A DNA stretch of 18,882 nucleotides from Deinococcota bacterium (GCA_041695225.1 JBGFRI010000006.1:1-18882), one strand, 5' to 3'; positions 7,593 through 15,870 are shown, counted from the stretch's first letter. Notes: generated by a model from the sequence alone, not told the origin. A program made the numbers and translations.

Positions 7593-8138
7593 TCAATTGT
7601 GGGTTGCGTCTTCTGGCTCCTGCATCTGTTCCACAAAGCGCAGGCTAGCGCGGGCCATCTCCAAACGCCACAGCAGCGAGACCCGCTGTACTCCCGTGGC
7701 CTGTAAGGGCTGCTGTGCCTCGAGCTCACGAAGTATCTGCCGATAAACCGCCTCCTGGGCTTGCAGCAGCGGCTTCAGGCTACACTCCAGACGAAGCAAA
7801 AAAGCCAGCTTTAGACGCAAGTCGGAGCGCCCGTAGCGCAGCCGGGTAACAGGCTGGTTTAGCCATTCTAAAGCCTGGCTCTGGCCCAGAGGGGTGGCCC
7901 GGTACAAAGTGCGGGGCGGTCCCGCCAGGCCCTCCTCGTGGCGGACGGCTTCTATCAGGCCCCTGGCCAGCAAGCGCTCGATGGCGCGGTAGACCTGGGC
8001 GCGCTGTACACGCCATATCTGTCCTAGCTCTCCGTCTGGAGCAAGCAGTGCAGCAATACGAAAACCGTGCGCTTCGCACTCCAGGAGCGAGGCCAGCACG
8101 GCCCAGTCGGTAGTGGAGAGCCTCGAGCCAGTAGACAC
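7593..8138 (-). CDS. PadR/AphA-family transcriptional regulator
   Basis: N-terminal wHTH pattern: AVLASL..EAHGFRI, W...RAQVYRAIERL.ARGLI, GPPRTLYRATPLG...LEWL, then DLRLKLAF. Helical C-terminal domain. GTG start lies 6 nt after TAGGCT. Confidence 0.88.
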   Translation of the reverse strand: MSTGSRLSTTDWAVLASLLECEAHGFRIAALLAPDGELGQIWRVQRAQVYRAIERLLARGLIEAVRHEEGLAGPPRTLYRATPLGQSQALEWLNQPVTRLRYGRSDLRLKLAFLLRLECSLKPLLQAQEAVYRQILRELEAQQPLQATGVQRVSLLWRLEMARASLRFVEQMQEPEDATHN

Positions 8139-8200
8139 ATCTCTAGCCTAAGCACCTAATAAAGAGCTTGCAATACATCCCATATCCCTTACCCAACCGT

Positions 8201-8242
8201 AAACAAAAAAACCAGAGGCACCTCTACCGATGCCTCTGGTTT
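8201..8242 (-). terminator. Intrinsic terminator after the cytochrome c pair
   Basis: AAACCAGAGGCA-loop-TGCCTCTGGTTT stem followed by a T-run on the minus strand, 10 nt past the stop at 8252. Confidence 0.85.
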
Positions 8243-8251
8243 CAGTCTATG

Positions 8252-8695
8252 CTAACGCAGATTGAGCGCTCGGCGGGCGGCATGAACTTGCGCGGGAGTC
8301 ATGGGAGTAGCCCGCTGGGCCCGTATTTCGGCAGCAGTAAAGGGCCCCTGGCCAGCGGGGAAGCGGTTGCCCCACTGGGTCGCCTGGAAGTTGAGCAGCG
8401 CAGCCAGGTCAGCATCACTAAGGTGACGAAACCCTGGCATTACCCCGTTGTACCTTACACCCCGCACGGTAATCTCGCCGCTCAGCCCATACAGCATCAT
8501 CTGTACCACCCAGACCCGCCCACCTCTGGCCGCCAAAATTTCGGGGACATGCCCAGCCAGCGGCGGGAAAACCCCGCGGATCCCCTGGCCATTAGGCTGG
8601 TGGCAGCCCTGGCAGTGCAGCCGGTATAGAGCAGCCCCATCTTGTGCAAAAGCGACTGACGAGATTAGGACCAAGGCAACCAGTAAAGTTTTCAT
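8252..8695 (-). CDS. cycA: Cytochrome c552 (Thermus type), paralogue 1
   Basis: Signal peptide, QDGAALY..CQGCHQPNGQG...FPPLAGHV.EILA, YNGVM (Met axial ligand). Resembles T. thermophilus c552. GGAGGAG SD precedes ATG 8695. Confidence 0.9.
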   Translation of the reverse strand: MKTLLVALVLISSVAFAQDGAALYRLHCQGCHQPNGQGIRGVFPPLAGHVPEILAARGGRVWVVQMMLYGLSGEITVRGVRYNGVMPGFRHLSDADLAALLNFQATQWGNRFPAGQGPFTAAEIRAQRATPMTPAQVHAARRALNLR

Positions 8696-8728
8696 CAACA
8701 CTCCTCCGACCTAGATTCTAAGACAACT

Positions 8729-9184
8729 TTAGGGGACGTTTATCCGTGCACGGTTAATGCCAATTTCCCTAGGTGTCGGGCGGTTACCCGTCACGTTGCG
8801 GGCATTAGCAACCTCGGCCGCGGTAATTGGCCGATGGTTGCGGGGCAGTAGCCGGTCATTACCCCAGGCGGTAAGGATATGATTGAGCACCGCAGCAATC
8901 TGCTCGTCGCTCAGATGTGCAAAAGCCGGCATAATTCCATCATAGATATTACCCCTAACCCGTACTGGGCCCTGCATCCCAAACAGCATCACATTGATGA
9001 GGTGCGCCCGCCCCTCTGGGGTTTTGACCAGTTCCGTAGTATGGGCTGCCAGAGGTGGGAAAGCCCCCACCCTTCCCTGTCCACGCTCGCCGTGGCAAAA
9101 CACGCAGTTTTGCTGGTATACCTGCGGCCCAGCCTGGGCCAGTGCAAAACCAAGCACCACCATAAACCCGGCTAATAGTTTCAT
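8729..9184 (-). CDS. Cytochrome c552-like, paralogue 2
   Basis: Short signal peptide, CVFCH heme motif, GAFPPLAAH, YDGIMPAF, LSDEQIAAVLNHI.TAWGN. ATG 9184 lies 6 nt after TATACT. Confidence 0.9.
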   Translation of the reverse strand: MKLLAGFMVVLGFALAQAGPQVYQQNCVFCHGERGQGRVGAFPPLAAHTTELVKTPEGRAHLINVMLFGMQGPVRVRGNIYDGIMPAFAHLSDEQIAAVLNHILTAWGNDRLLPRNHRPITAAEVANARNVTGNRPTPREIGINRARINVP

Positions 9185-9289
9185 CTTTTGAGTATAGCCG
9201 CACGCCGTCAAGAGAAAATGAGACTCCATTGCGGTGGTAGGTTTAGCAACTTTTAACCCGCTACTGGTCTTTGGCTCTGGCTCAAAAAA

Positions 9290-9435
9290 GATGTCTCAGG
9301 TCGGAGGTCGCAAGTCAAAAAGACCAGAGACCTGCGACATTCTATTAGCCGATAGCTGATAGCCCATAGCTGATAGCCGAAAGCCTTCAGCCTTCATTTG
9401 ACCTGAGACCTGAGACTTGAGACCTGCGACATTCC
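9290..9435. repeat. Nested heptamer repeat cluster (GTCTCAG/GAGACCT family enclosing an ATAGCTG tract)
   Basis: ATGTCTCAGGTCGGAGGTCGCAAGTC-AAAAA-GACCAGAGACCTGCGACAT, then (GATAGCT/C)n, then GACCTGAGACCTGAGACTTGAGACCTGCGACAT. Lies downstream of potD. Confidence 0.85.
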
Positions 9436-9489
9436 TAATGGCCAGGTACTGGTCGGGTCAAGCTCTGCTTAGCGGCCGCAGTAGCTTTG

Positions 9490-10539
9490 CTACCGCGCCT
9501 TCACCTCGGCCCAGACATTGCTTAGAAGTTGGTTGTCTGGCTCCTCCAAAGCAGAAAGCATCTGTAACCTGGCCCGCTTCTCTGGTGTGGGGTAAACCAG
9601 AGGATTGTCCCTTTTCTCAATCATCCCCATGGCTGCTTCGACCGGGGTGGCAAACCCAAGGTAATTGGAGATCTGGGCAGCAATCTCCGGCTCGAGCAAA
9701 AAGTTGATGAAGGTGTGTACTAACTCGGGATTCGGGCTGTGCCGCATCACCACCAGATTGTCTGTCCAGAGCGTTCCGCCTTCTGCAGGAATGACATACC
9801 GTAAGTTGGGGTTCTCGGCCTGCGCTGCCAGAATATCCCCCGAGTAGGCTGGCCCCACGGCAATGTCACCAGCTATTAAGCGGTCGCGGATGCTGGTTCC
9901 ACCGGCGAAACCCTGCGAACGCCGTTTGGTTTCTATCAGCAAGGTTTGTACATCGGCCAGCCTGGCCGGGTCGGTAGTGTTAACCGACTCTCCTTTGAAC
10001 ATAAGCGCGGCGCCTATCATTTCGCGCTTTTCATCGAGCAGCATAAACCGACCCACCTGACGGTTGGGATCAAACATTACTGCCCAGCTCTCCACCGGCC
10101 CGGCTACCAGATCGGCACGGTAGGCCAGACCAGTTGTTCCCCACTGGTAAACCACGCTGTGCCTGGCCCCTGGGTCATAGGCAGGGTCGGTAAACTGTGG
10201 GTCCAGGTGGCGCAGGTTTGGAATCAGGTTCTTGTTGAGTTCGGCAATCATCCCTGCTCGAACCAGCTGGGCAATGGTGTAGTCGGGGGTAATCAGCACA
10301 TCAAACTCTCGATCACCACCCGCTTTTAACCTGGTTAGCATGGCCTCGGGGGAGTCGTAGGTATCCTCTATGACCCTAACCCCCTCCCGCCGTTCGAACT
10401 CATCCAGAACCGCCCTGGGCATGTAGTCCGACCAGTTCAGAAGGCGAAGCTCGGTGGTCGGCTGACCACGCCCCAGCAAAAACCAGACCAGTCCAGCAAC
10501 TACCACCACCAGAAGACCAACTATCCAGAATTTTTTCAC
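9490..10539 (-). CDS. potD: Spermidine/putrescine ABC transporter substrate-binding protein
   Basis: LLNWSDY, DTYDSPE, PDY, YQWGTTGLAY, YSGD and EGGTLWTDN motifs, with an N-terminal TM/signal. Start is GTG 10539 (GGAGG upstream) or ATG 10551. Confidence 0.92.
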   Translation of the reverse strand: MKKFWIVGLLVVVVAGLVWFLLGRGQPTTELRLLNWSDYMPRAVLDEFERREGVRVIEDTYDSPEAMLTRLKAGGDREFDVLITPDYTIAQLVRAGMIAELNKNLIPNLRHLDPQFTDPAYDPGARHSVVYQWGTTGLAYRADLVAGPVESWAVMFDPNRQVGRFMLLDEKREMIGAALMFKGESVNTTDPARLADVQTLLIETKRRSQGFAGGTSIRDRLIAGDIAVGPAYSGDILAAQAENPNLRYVIPAEGGTLWTDNLVVMRHSPNPELVHTFINFLLEPEIAAQISNYLGFATPVEAAMGMIEKRDNPLVYPTPEKRARLQMLSALEEPDNQLLSNVWAEVKAR

Positions 10540-10578
10540 GCTACCTCCCATCGTGCTAAGTTGAGAGTAGGTACCTAC

Positions 10579-11358
10579 TCAGGCCCGCTTCCTCCAGTAC
10601 AGTCTGCCAAGAACCAGCAGCAAGATTGTGGCCCCGACCATCAATGTGGACAGAGCATGAATTTCAGGCGTAATTCCCAGTTTTACCGACGAAAAGATGT
10701 AAAGCGGCAAGGTGGTGGAGCCCGGGCCGGCAGTAAAAAAGGTGACTACGAAATCATCCAGCGACAGGCTAAAGGCCAGTAGCGCCCCTGCAATCACCCC
10801 CGGCATAATCAGGGGTAGCGTCACCTCGCGGAAGGTCTGCCAGGGGGTGGCTCCAAGGTCCTGGGCTGCTTCTTCCAAAATGGGGTCTAGCAGGGTCAAG
10901 CGAGCCCTTACCACCAGGGTCACATAGGCAATCTGAAAGGTAATGTGAGCCATGATAATGGTATAGAGCGAAAGACGGGGCCAGCCAATTGCGTCGCGCA
11001 CCACGTCAAATAGCAGCAGCAGCGAAATTCCCATCACCACGTCCGGTACCACCACCGGCACATAAAGCAGGTAGCGCAATGCCGCTTGCAAGCGGAACTG
11101 ATAACGAACCAGCCCGATGGCCAGAAGGGTTCCCAGAATAGTTGAGGCTGTGGTAGAGACAACCGCAACAATCAGGGTATTCATCAAAAAATCGAAAACA
11201 CGCTCGTTGCCAAACAAGCGCAAGTACCAGTCGAAGGTAAAGCCGGTAAAATGCACCCCAAAGCGGCTCTGATTGAAGGAGAGCGCCACAATTATCAGAA
11301 TAGGCAGGTACAAAAAGGCAAATACCAGCCAGGCATGCACCGAAAGCAGGCGTTTCAT
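10579..11358 (-). CDS. potC: Polyamine ABC transporter permease
   Basis: FLYLPI, PDVVMGISLL, LEEAAQDLGA, SLDDFVVTFF..GPG.TTLP, TPEIHALS. Confidence 0.94.
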   Translation of the reverse strand: MKRLLSVHAWLVFAFLYLPILIIVALSFNQSRFGVHFTGFTFDWYLRLFGNERVFDFLMNTLIVAVVSTTASTILGTLLAIGLVRYQFRLQAALRYLLYVPVVVPDVVMGISLLLLFDVVRDAIGWPRLSLYTIIMAHITFQIAYVTLVVRARLTLLDPILEEAAQDLGATPWQTFREVTLPLIMPGVIAGALLAFSLSLDDFVVTFFTAGPGSTTLPLYIFSSVKLGITPEIHALSTLMVGATILLLVLGRLYWRKRA

Positions 11359-11360
11359 AC

Positions 11361-11881
11361 GGGCTTCCTGCCCCAGCGTTCACTGTGTATAGGGCTTTGC
11401 TGAAACTCAGACCACCCTTGGCATGGGTTGAGCCTGCTGATCAACCATCTGATGGCGCCAGGATTTAAGCTTTTGCCTCCGGCCCGGGACACAGCATCTC
11501 TGAAAGGCGCATTTGGGGCCGGGGTGCACGGCTTTCCCGGCTTCAATGGGCCTGGCATCCGGCTTCTGGCATGGAGTAGGCCCTTCCCACCCCCGGCCAG
11601 TTTATTGTCCAGTTCACCCGGCCTACCAAGAAACTCCCTTGGGTTTCGTCGCCACAGGTGCGCGCAGCTCATGGAAAACTCACTCCCCCCCTCCTCATTG
11701 CGAGGAGGCCAAAGGCCGACGAAGCAATCCAGGAGGAGCGCGAACGCACTTTGGCCGCCGGGGTGATCTGGATTGCTTCGCTCCGCTCGCAATGACGAAA
11801 AAATCCATTTCATTGCGAGTAGGCCTACTAAGAAACTCCCTTGGGTTTCGTCGCTATGGGTGGGCGCAGCACATGGAAAAC
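11361..11881. mobile_element. Composite repeat insertion between potB and potC, flanked by a 6-bp direct repeat
   Basis: TCATAC (GTATGA on the minus strand) at 11355-11360 and 11882-11887. Contains two 63-bp direct repeats, a 101-bp palindrome and a GGCCGGGGTG/CACCCCCGGCC hairpin. Confidence 0.6.
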
Positions 11882-11884
11882 TCA
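11620..11884. repeat. Pair of 63-bp direct repeats (11620-11682 and 11822-11884)
   Basis: GGCCTACYAAGAAACTCCCTTGGGTTTCGTCGC...GCGCAGC.CATGGAAAACTCA occurs twice, with internal hairpin GAAACTC-CCTT-GGGTTTC. Confidence 0.92.
11695..11795. repeat. REP/RPE-like palindromic element
   Basis: Arms TCATTGCGAG/CTCGCAATGA and CGAAGCAATCCAG/CTGGATTGCTTCG, with a side hairpin GGCC-AAA-GGCC. Confidence 0.9.
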
Positions 11885-12745
11885 TACCAGTTTGTCCAGC
11901 CCTTTCTGACCCTGGGTACGGGCAAATAGCCACAGACCGAGCAGCACCAGGGTCATCAGCACCATGCTGACCGCACTGCCAAAGGCCCAGTTCTGGGCCG
12001 CGCCAAACTGCAACTGAATCAGGTTGCCGACCAGCATAACTCTGCCCCCACCTAGCAGATCGGCGATTACAAAAGTGCCCACAGCGGGAATATAGACCAG
12101 CAAGAACCCCGCCAGAAGGCCCGGGATAGTCTGAGGAACGATTGCTTCCCAGAAGGCTCTGACCGGCCTGGCGCCCAGATCGTAGGCGGCCTCGAGCTGG
12201 CTCCAGTCAATGCGCTCAACCACTGCGTACAGGGGCAGCACAAAGAAGGGCAGGAAGGTGTACACCGTAGCCACATAGACCGCCAGGGCCGAAGGAAGCA
12301 GGTCGGCGGTTGGCAGCCCAAATGCTAAAAGGAAACCATTTACCACCCCTTCTTTCTGGAAAACCACAATCCAGGCGTAGACCCGAATTAGAAAGTTGGT
12401 AAAAAACGGAATCACCACCAGCATCAGCAGCACTTCTTTGTACCGGCTCTGGGAGATGTAAAAAGCCAGCGGGTAGCCCAGAATAATCACAAAGACCGTG
12501 GCCCAGAATCCCAGCCACAGGCTACGTCCGATGATTTCGATAAAAAGGGGGTCGGAGAAGAAACGGATGTAGTTGTGCAGACCAAAAGGCTCTACCAGCT
12601 CACCCAGACCGCCCCGGCTCATTAGCGAGGCCACCAGCATAACCAGGGTGGGAACCAGCACAAAAAGCACCAGCCAGAAGGTTCCCGGCCCCAGAGAGAT
12701 GAGCATCAGGCGCAGGCGCTCCCAGTGGGTTGTAGCCTCAGGCAT
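11882..12745 (-). CDS. potB: Polyamine ABC transporter permease
   Basis: GYPLAF, IPFFTNFLIRVYAW, LPFFVLPLY, LEAAYDLGA, DLLGG...VGNLI..QF..AQNWAFGSA. Confidence 0.94.
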   Translation of the reverse strand: MPEATTHWERLRLMLISLGPGTFWLVLFVLVPTLVMLVASLMSRGGLGELVEPFGLHNYIRFFSDPLFIEIIGRSLWLGFWATVFVIILGYPLAFYISQSRYKEVLLMLVVIPFFTNFLIRVYAWIVVFQKEGVVNGFLLAFGLPTADLLPSALAVYVATVYTFLPFFVLPLYAVVERIDWSQLEAAYDLGARPVRAFWEAIVPQTIPGLLAGFLLVYIPAVGTFVIADLLGGGRVMLVGNLIQLQFGAAQNWAFGSAVSMVLMTLVLLGLWLFARTQGQKGLDKLV

Positions 12746-13880
12746 GCGAGTTGCCCGCCTCCTCTCTGGCCAGAATTACCACCAGTTTTTCCGGGGTAAG
12801 AGCCACCCATACCTCTTCGTCGTAGGTGAACTCCTCGTGGCCGGGCTCCTGGATGTCCTGGTTGAGGGTATCGCAGATCAGGCGCTGGCCATCTACCAGC
12901 AGCACATACTGGTTTTCCGCGCCGGTGTAGATGATGTCATCTACTTTGGCTTTGAATGAGTTTGGCAGGCTGGGCCGCTGGCGGAACAGCCTGATTTTTT
13001 CCGGGCGAATGGAAAGCAGCACCTCCTGGCCCGGGGTAAGCGCGTCTTCGGGATCGAGTTCAAACTCACCGATCCGGGTCCTGACCCGGCGTGGCTCGAT
13101 GGCCAGCGCTGGAATCAGGTTGGAATCACCGATAAACCTGGCCACAAAAGCCGTTTTGGGTAGCTCGTATATCTCTTCGGTGGGGCCTAGCTGTTCGATG
13201 CGGCCCATGTTCATCACGGCAATTCGGTCCGACATCACCAGGGCCTCTTCCTGGTCGTGGGTGACATAGATAAAGGTTATTCCCAGCCGCTCTTGCAGGT
13301 TCATTAACTCTACCCGCAGTTCCTGGCGTAGCTTCAGGTCGAGGGCCGAGAGCGGTTCATCGAGCAGCAGTACCTCTGGCTCGTTCACCAGGGCTCGAGC
13401 CAGGGCAATGCGCTGGCGCTGCCCGCCCGACATCTGGTCGGTGCGGCGTTTTTCGAATCCGGGCAGGTTGATCAGCTCGAGCGCCCACTGCACCCGCTTT
13501 CTAATCTCTTCTGGGGGTAGTTTTTTCATGCGCAAACCAAAGGCAATATTCTGTTCCACCGTCATGTGCGGGAAAAGCGCGTAATTCTGGAAGACGGTGT
13601 TGACCGGGCGCAGATAGGGGGGTATGTGGGTCATATCTTTCCCAGCGATAATCACCCGGCCCTGATCGGGGGTTTCAAAACCCGCCAGCATTCGCAACAA
13701 AGTAGTTTTGCCGCAACCCGAGGGCCCCAGCAAGCTGAAGAACTCGCCGTCGCGCACCTCGAGGCTTATCCCGTCTACCGCCCGGTGTTCGCCGAAACTC
13801 TTGCTAACGCCCTCAAGACGCACGGCAATGTTCTCACCCAGCTTTCGGTCGCGCTTACCCCGAAATAGAGTTTGTTCCAC
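12738..13880 (-). CDS. potA: Polyamine ABC transporter ATP-binding protein
   Basis: GPSGCGKTT, PPYLRPVNTVFQNYALFPH, MSGGQRQR, LLLDEPLSALD, VTHDQEEAL. Start placed at GTG 13880, 7 nt after TAGACT. Confidence 0.94.
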   Translation of the reverse strand: MEQTLFRGKRDRKLGENIAVRLEGVSKSFGEHRAVDGISLEVRDGEFFSLLGPSGCGKTTLLRMLAGFETPDQGRVIIAGKDMTHIPPYLRPVNTVFQNYALFPHMTVEQNIAFGLRMKKLPPEEIRKRVQWALELINLPGFEKRRTDQMSGGQRQRIALARALVNEPEVLLLDEPLSALDLKLRQELRVELMNLQERLGITFIYVTHDQEEALVMSDRIAVMNMGRIEQLGPTEEIYELPKTAFVARFIGDSNLIPALAIEPRRVRTRIGEFELDPEDALTPGQEVLLSIRPEKIRLFRQRPSLPNSFKAKVDDIIYTGAENQYVLLVDGQRLICDTLNQDIQEPGHEEFTYDEEVWVALTPEKLVVILAREEAGNSHA

Positions 13881-13887
13881 AGGGGTG

Positions 13888-13916
13888 AGTCTAAAGTCTG
13901 GCTGGGCTTGGGGCAA
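13888..13916 (-). promoter_or_regulatory. Sigma-A-type promoter for potABCD (leaderless)
   Basis: TTGCCC-N17-TAGACT-N7-GTG on the minus strand. Confidence 0.65.
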
Positions 13917-14050
13917 TAATCGAGCCCACATCCGGCCCAGGGCGATTGGCAAATCTCAGGTCGCATGCCAAGAGCCTAAAACTATCGGCTATGGTCAATC
14001 AGCTATTGGCCTGACGCTCGACTCTTGACTCTCGACCGCCAACCTGACCC

Positions 14051-15364
14051 CTAATCCTGGACCAGCTCACTCTGCTTGGCCACCTTTTTCTTCTTGGGCT
14101 CGGCTCCGACCAGCAGTTCTTCCGCGACAGTTTCAACCTCGGGGGTCAGCTCGAGCATCTTGTGACCGAAGCCGTAGCGCCGCATAGCCCTTAAGTACGG
14201 CTCGGACGGAAAGTCGCTGGGGCCCAGCACGCCTTTGCCCTTCCAGTAGCCTTCGTGCAGCATCTCCAGCGTCACAATTGGGTTAATGGCGGTCTGCAAG
14301 ACCACCACCTGAATCTGGTAGCGGTCCATGGTGGTGGCATTATCCACGAGCTGGTAGAGATAGATCTCCCGGTAGCGCCCTTCGTCAATCCCCTTGACCA
14401 GGGTGCCCACGCAGGCCTTGCCGTACATCTTCTCGCCAAGCTGCGAGGGGTCGGGCAGGCAGGCCGCCACTACGTCGCGCGGCGCTACCTCGACCCGGCC
14501 CACCTTAACCGGGTGTTTGCTGGCCAGCCCCAGCTTGTGCAGGGTCTTGAGCGTTGCAATAAATTCGTCGGTTAAGCCATATTTGAAGGTAACGCGCTTG
14601 CAGGGGATGCTGCGTGGCAGCAGCACTACCTCTTCGTGCTCGATGTTGACGCAGGTCAGCTTGCCGATCTCGCCGGGGAAATCGAAGACCTCGGGGTCGC
14701 TAAACAGCTCGGTGGTAAGGTATCCGCCTCGCTCCTCGTCGTAGATGATGGGCGGGTTCAGACACTCTTCCAGCACCGTCCAGATGCTGAAGCTTGGGGC
14801 GAACTCGTAGCCCTCCACCCCAATATTGGATCCGTCGCGGATGTGGATCTCGGTTATCTCGTCAAAGAGATTGTCGTAGGCATAGCGGGCAAAGACCTGC
14901 GAGAGCCCTGGATCTACCCCAGTGGCGCAGACTGCCAGCAGGCCCTTTTCGGTCCATTTGTCGTGCTGCTCGAGCTGGTACTGCCCCAAAAGCACCCCTG
15001 GTTTACGATAAGGTTCTTCTGGGTGCGGCACCGACGGGGTCATAGCCAGATCGATATAGGTCTTGCCCGCCTCGAAGGAAGCGTCAAATATGGAGTAATT
15101 GTACTTGGCGTCACAGGCATTCAAAATGACATCAACGTCGTACTCGAGGGCCAGCTTCTTGATCATCTCCTTGTCGGAGGCGTCTACAAACTCGGGCGGA
15201 AAGCGTTCTTCCTCCCCTGAGTCCTCGGCAATGTCCTTCGAGACAAACTTGGCGCGCTCATAGTTAGAATCCGCCAGAACCATCTGCTTAATCCATGGGC
15301 GCTCTTCGGCCAGGTTGGCAATGGCCTCACCGACGCCGCCGATCCCCACTAGCAAGACTTTCAC
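14051..15364 (-). CDS. Saccharopine dehydrogenase-like NAD(P)-dependent oxidoreductase (CASDH/lysine dehydrogenase superfamily)
   Basis: Rossmann motif VLLVGIGGVG, YIDLA, GVDPG, FS..T.LEEC, EHEEV, FKYGL, GKGVLGP..F. GTG start with AAGGAAG SD. Confidence 0.88.
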   Translation of the reverse strand: MKVLLVGIGGVGEAIANLAEERPWIKQMVLADSNYERAKFVSKDIAEDSGEEERFPPEFVDASDKEMIKKLALEYDVDVILNACDAKYNYSIFDASFEAGKTYIDLAMTPSVPHPEEPYRKPGVLLGQYQLEQHDKWTEKGLLAVCATGVDPGLSQVFARYAYDNLFDEITEIHIRDGSNIGVEGYEFAPSFSIWTVLEECLNPPIIYDEERGGYLTTELFSDPEVFDFPGEIGKLTCVNIEHEEVVLLPRSIPCKRVTFKYGLTDEFIATLKTLHKLGLASKHPVKVGRVEVAPRDVVAACLPDPSQLGEKMYGKACVGTLVKGIDEGRYREIYLYQLVDNATTMDRYQIQVVVLQTAINPIVTLEMLHEGYWKGKGVLGPSDFPSEPYLRAMRRYGFGHKMLELTPEVETVAEELLVGAEPKKKKVAKQSELVQD

Positions 15365-15521
15365 AGCTTCCTTTCTGGTCAGTCTGGGCCAGAAGACTCA
15401 CACACGGGCAACTGACCTCTACCAGTAAAACTCTCGTGTGTGGGCGTAGGGCTTTAGCCAGGGGTTTGCTAGTTGCAGTTTCAGCAAAAGCCTGGACAGG
15501 CAAAAAACATCCCCGTAGGAC

Positions 15522-15551
15522 AGTATAGCCAGGCCCCGCAGGGCCTGGCAA
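15522..15551 (-). promoter_or_regulatory. Putative promoter of the dehydrogenase gene
   Basis: TTGCCA-N18-TATACT on the minus strand, implying a ~150-nt 5' UTR. Confidence 0.55.
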
Positions 15552-15566
15552 CATCCCAGCCAACAC

Positions 15567-15595
15567 TTGACGCGTGCGAGATAACTGGCTAATAT
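15567..15595 (+). promoter_or_regulatory. Promoter for tRNA-Leu(CAG)
   Basis: TTGACG-N17-TAATAT. Confidence 0.75.
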
Positions 15596-15633
15596 TTTGG
15601 TTGCCCCTGGGCCTCGCTTAGGGCAGACTCTGA

Positions 15634-15720
15634 GCCGGGATGGCGGAATTGGTAGACGCACATGATTCAGGGTCATGCGCCCGCAAGGGTGTGCAGGTTC
15701 AAGTCCTGTTCCCGGCACCA
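15634..15720 (+). tRNA. tRNA-Leu (anticodon CAG)
   Basis: GCCGGGA/TCCCGGC acceptor stem, anticodon arm CATGA-TTCAGGG-TCATG, long variable arm CCC-GCAA-GGG, GGTTCAAGTCC, encoded CCA. Confidence 0.97.
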
Positions 15721-15727
15721 ATTAAGA

Positions 15728-15870
15728 GCGTCTCAAGTCGCAGGTCTCGGGTCTCAGGTCTTTTGACTTGCGACTTGCGTCCTGAGACCTGGGACATCTT
15801 TTTTAGAATGTCTCAAGTCGCAGGTCTCGGGTCTCAGGTCTTTTGACTTGCGACTTGCGTCCTGAGACAT
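15728..15870. repeat. Two tandem copies of the heptamer-built hairpin
   Basis: Copies at 15728-15797 and 15808-15870 (one heptamer shorter), each with a TTTT loop and followed by a T-run. Confidence 0.93.

Noticed and set aside
15365..15520. Lysine riboswitch (AGAGG motif)
   Set aside because: AGAGG is too close to the start codon and the other L-box elements are not recognisable. Kept only as an unclassified structured leader.
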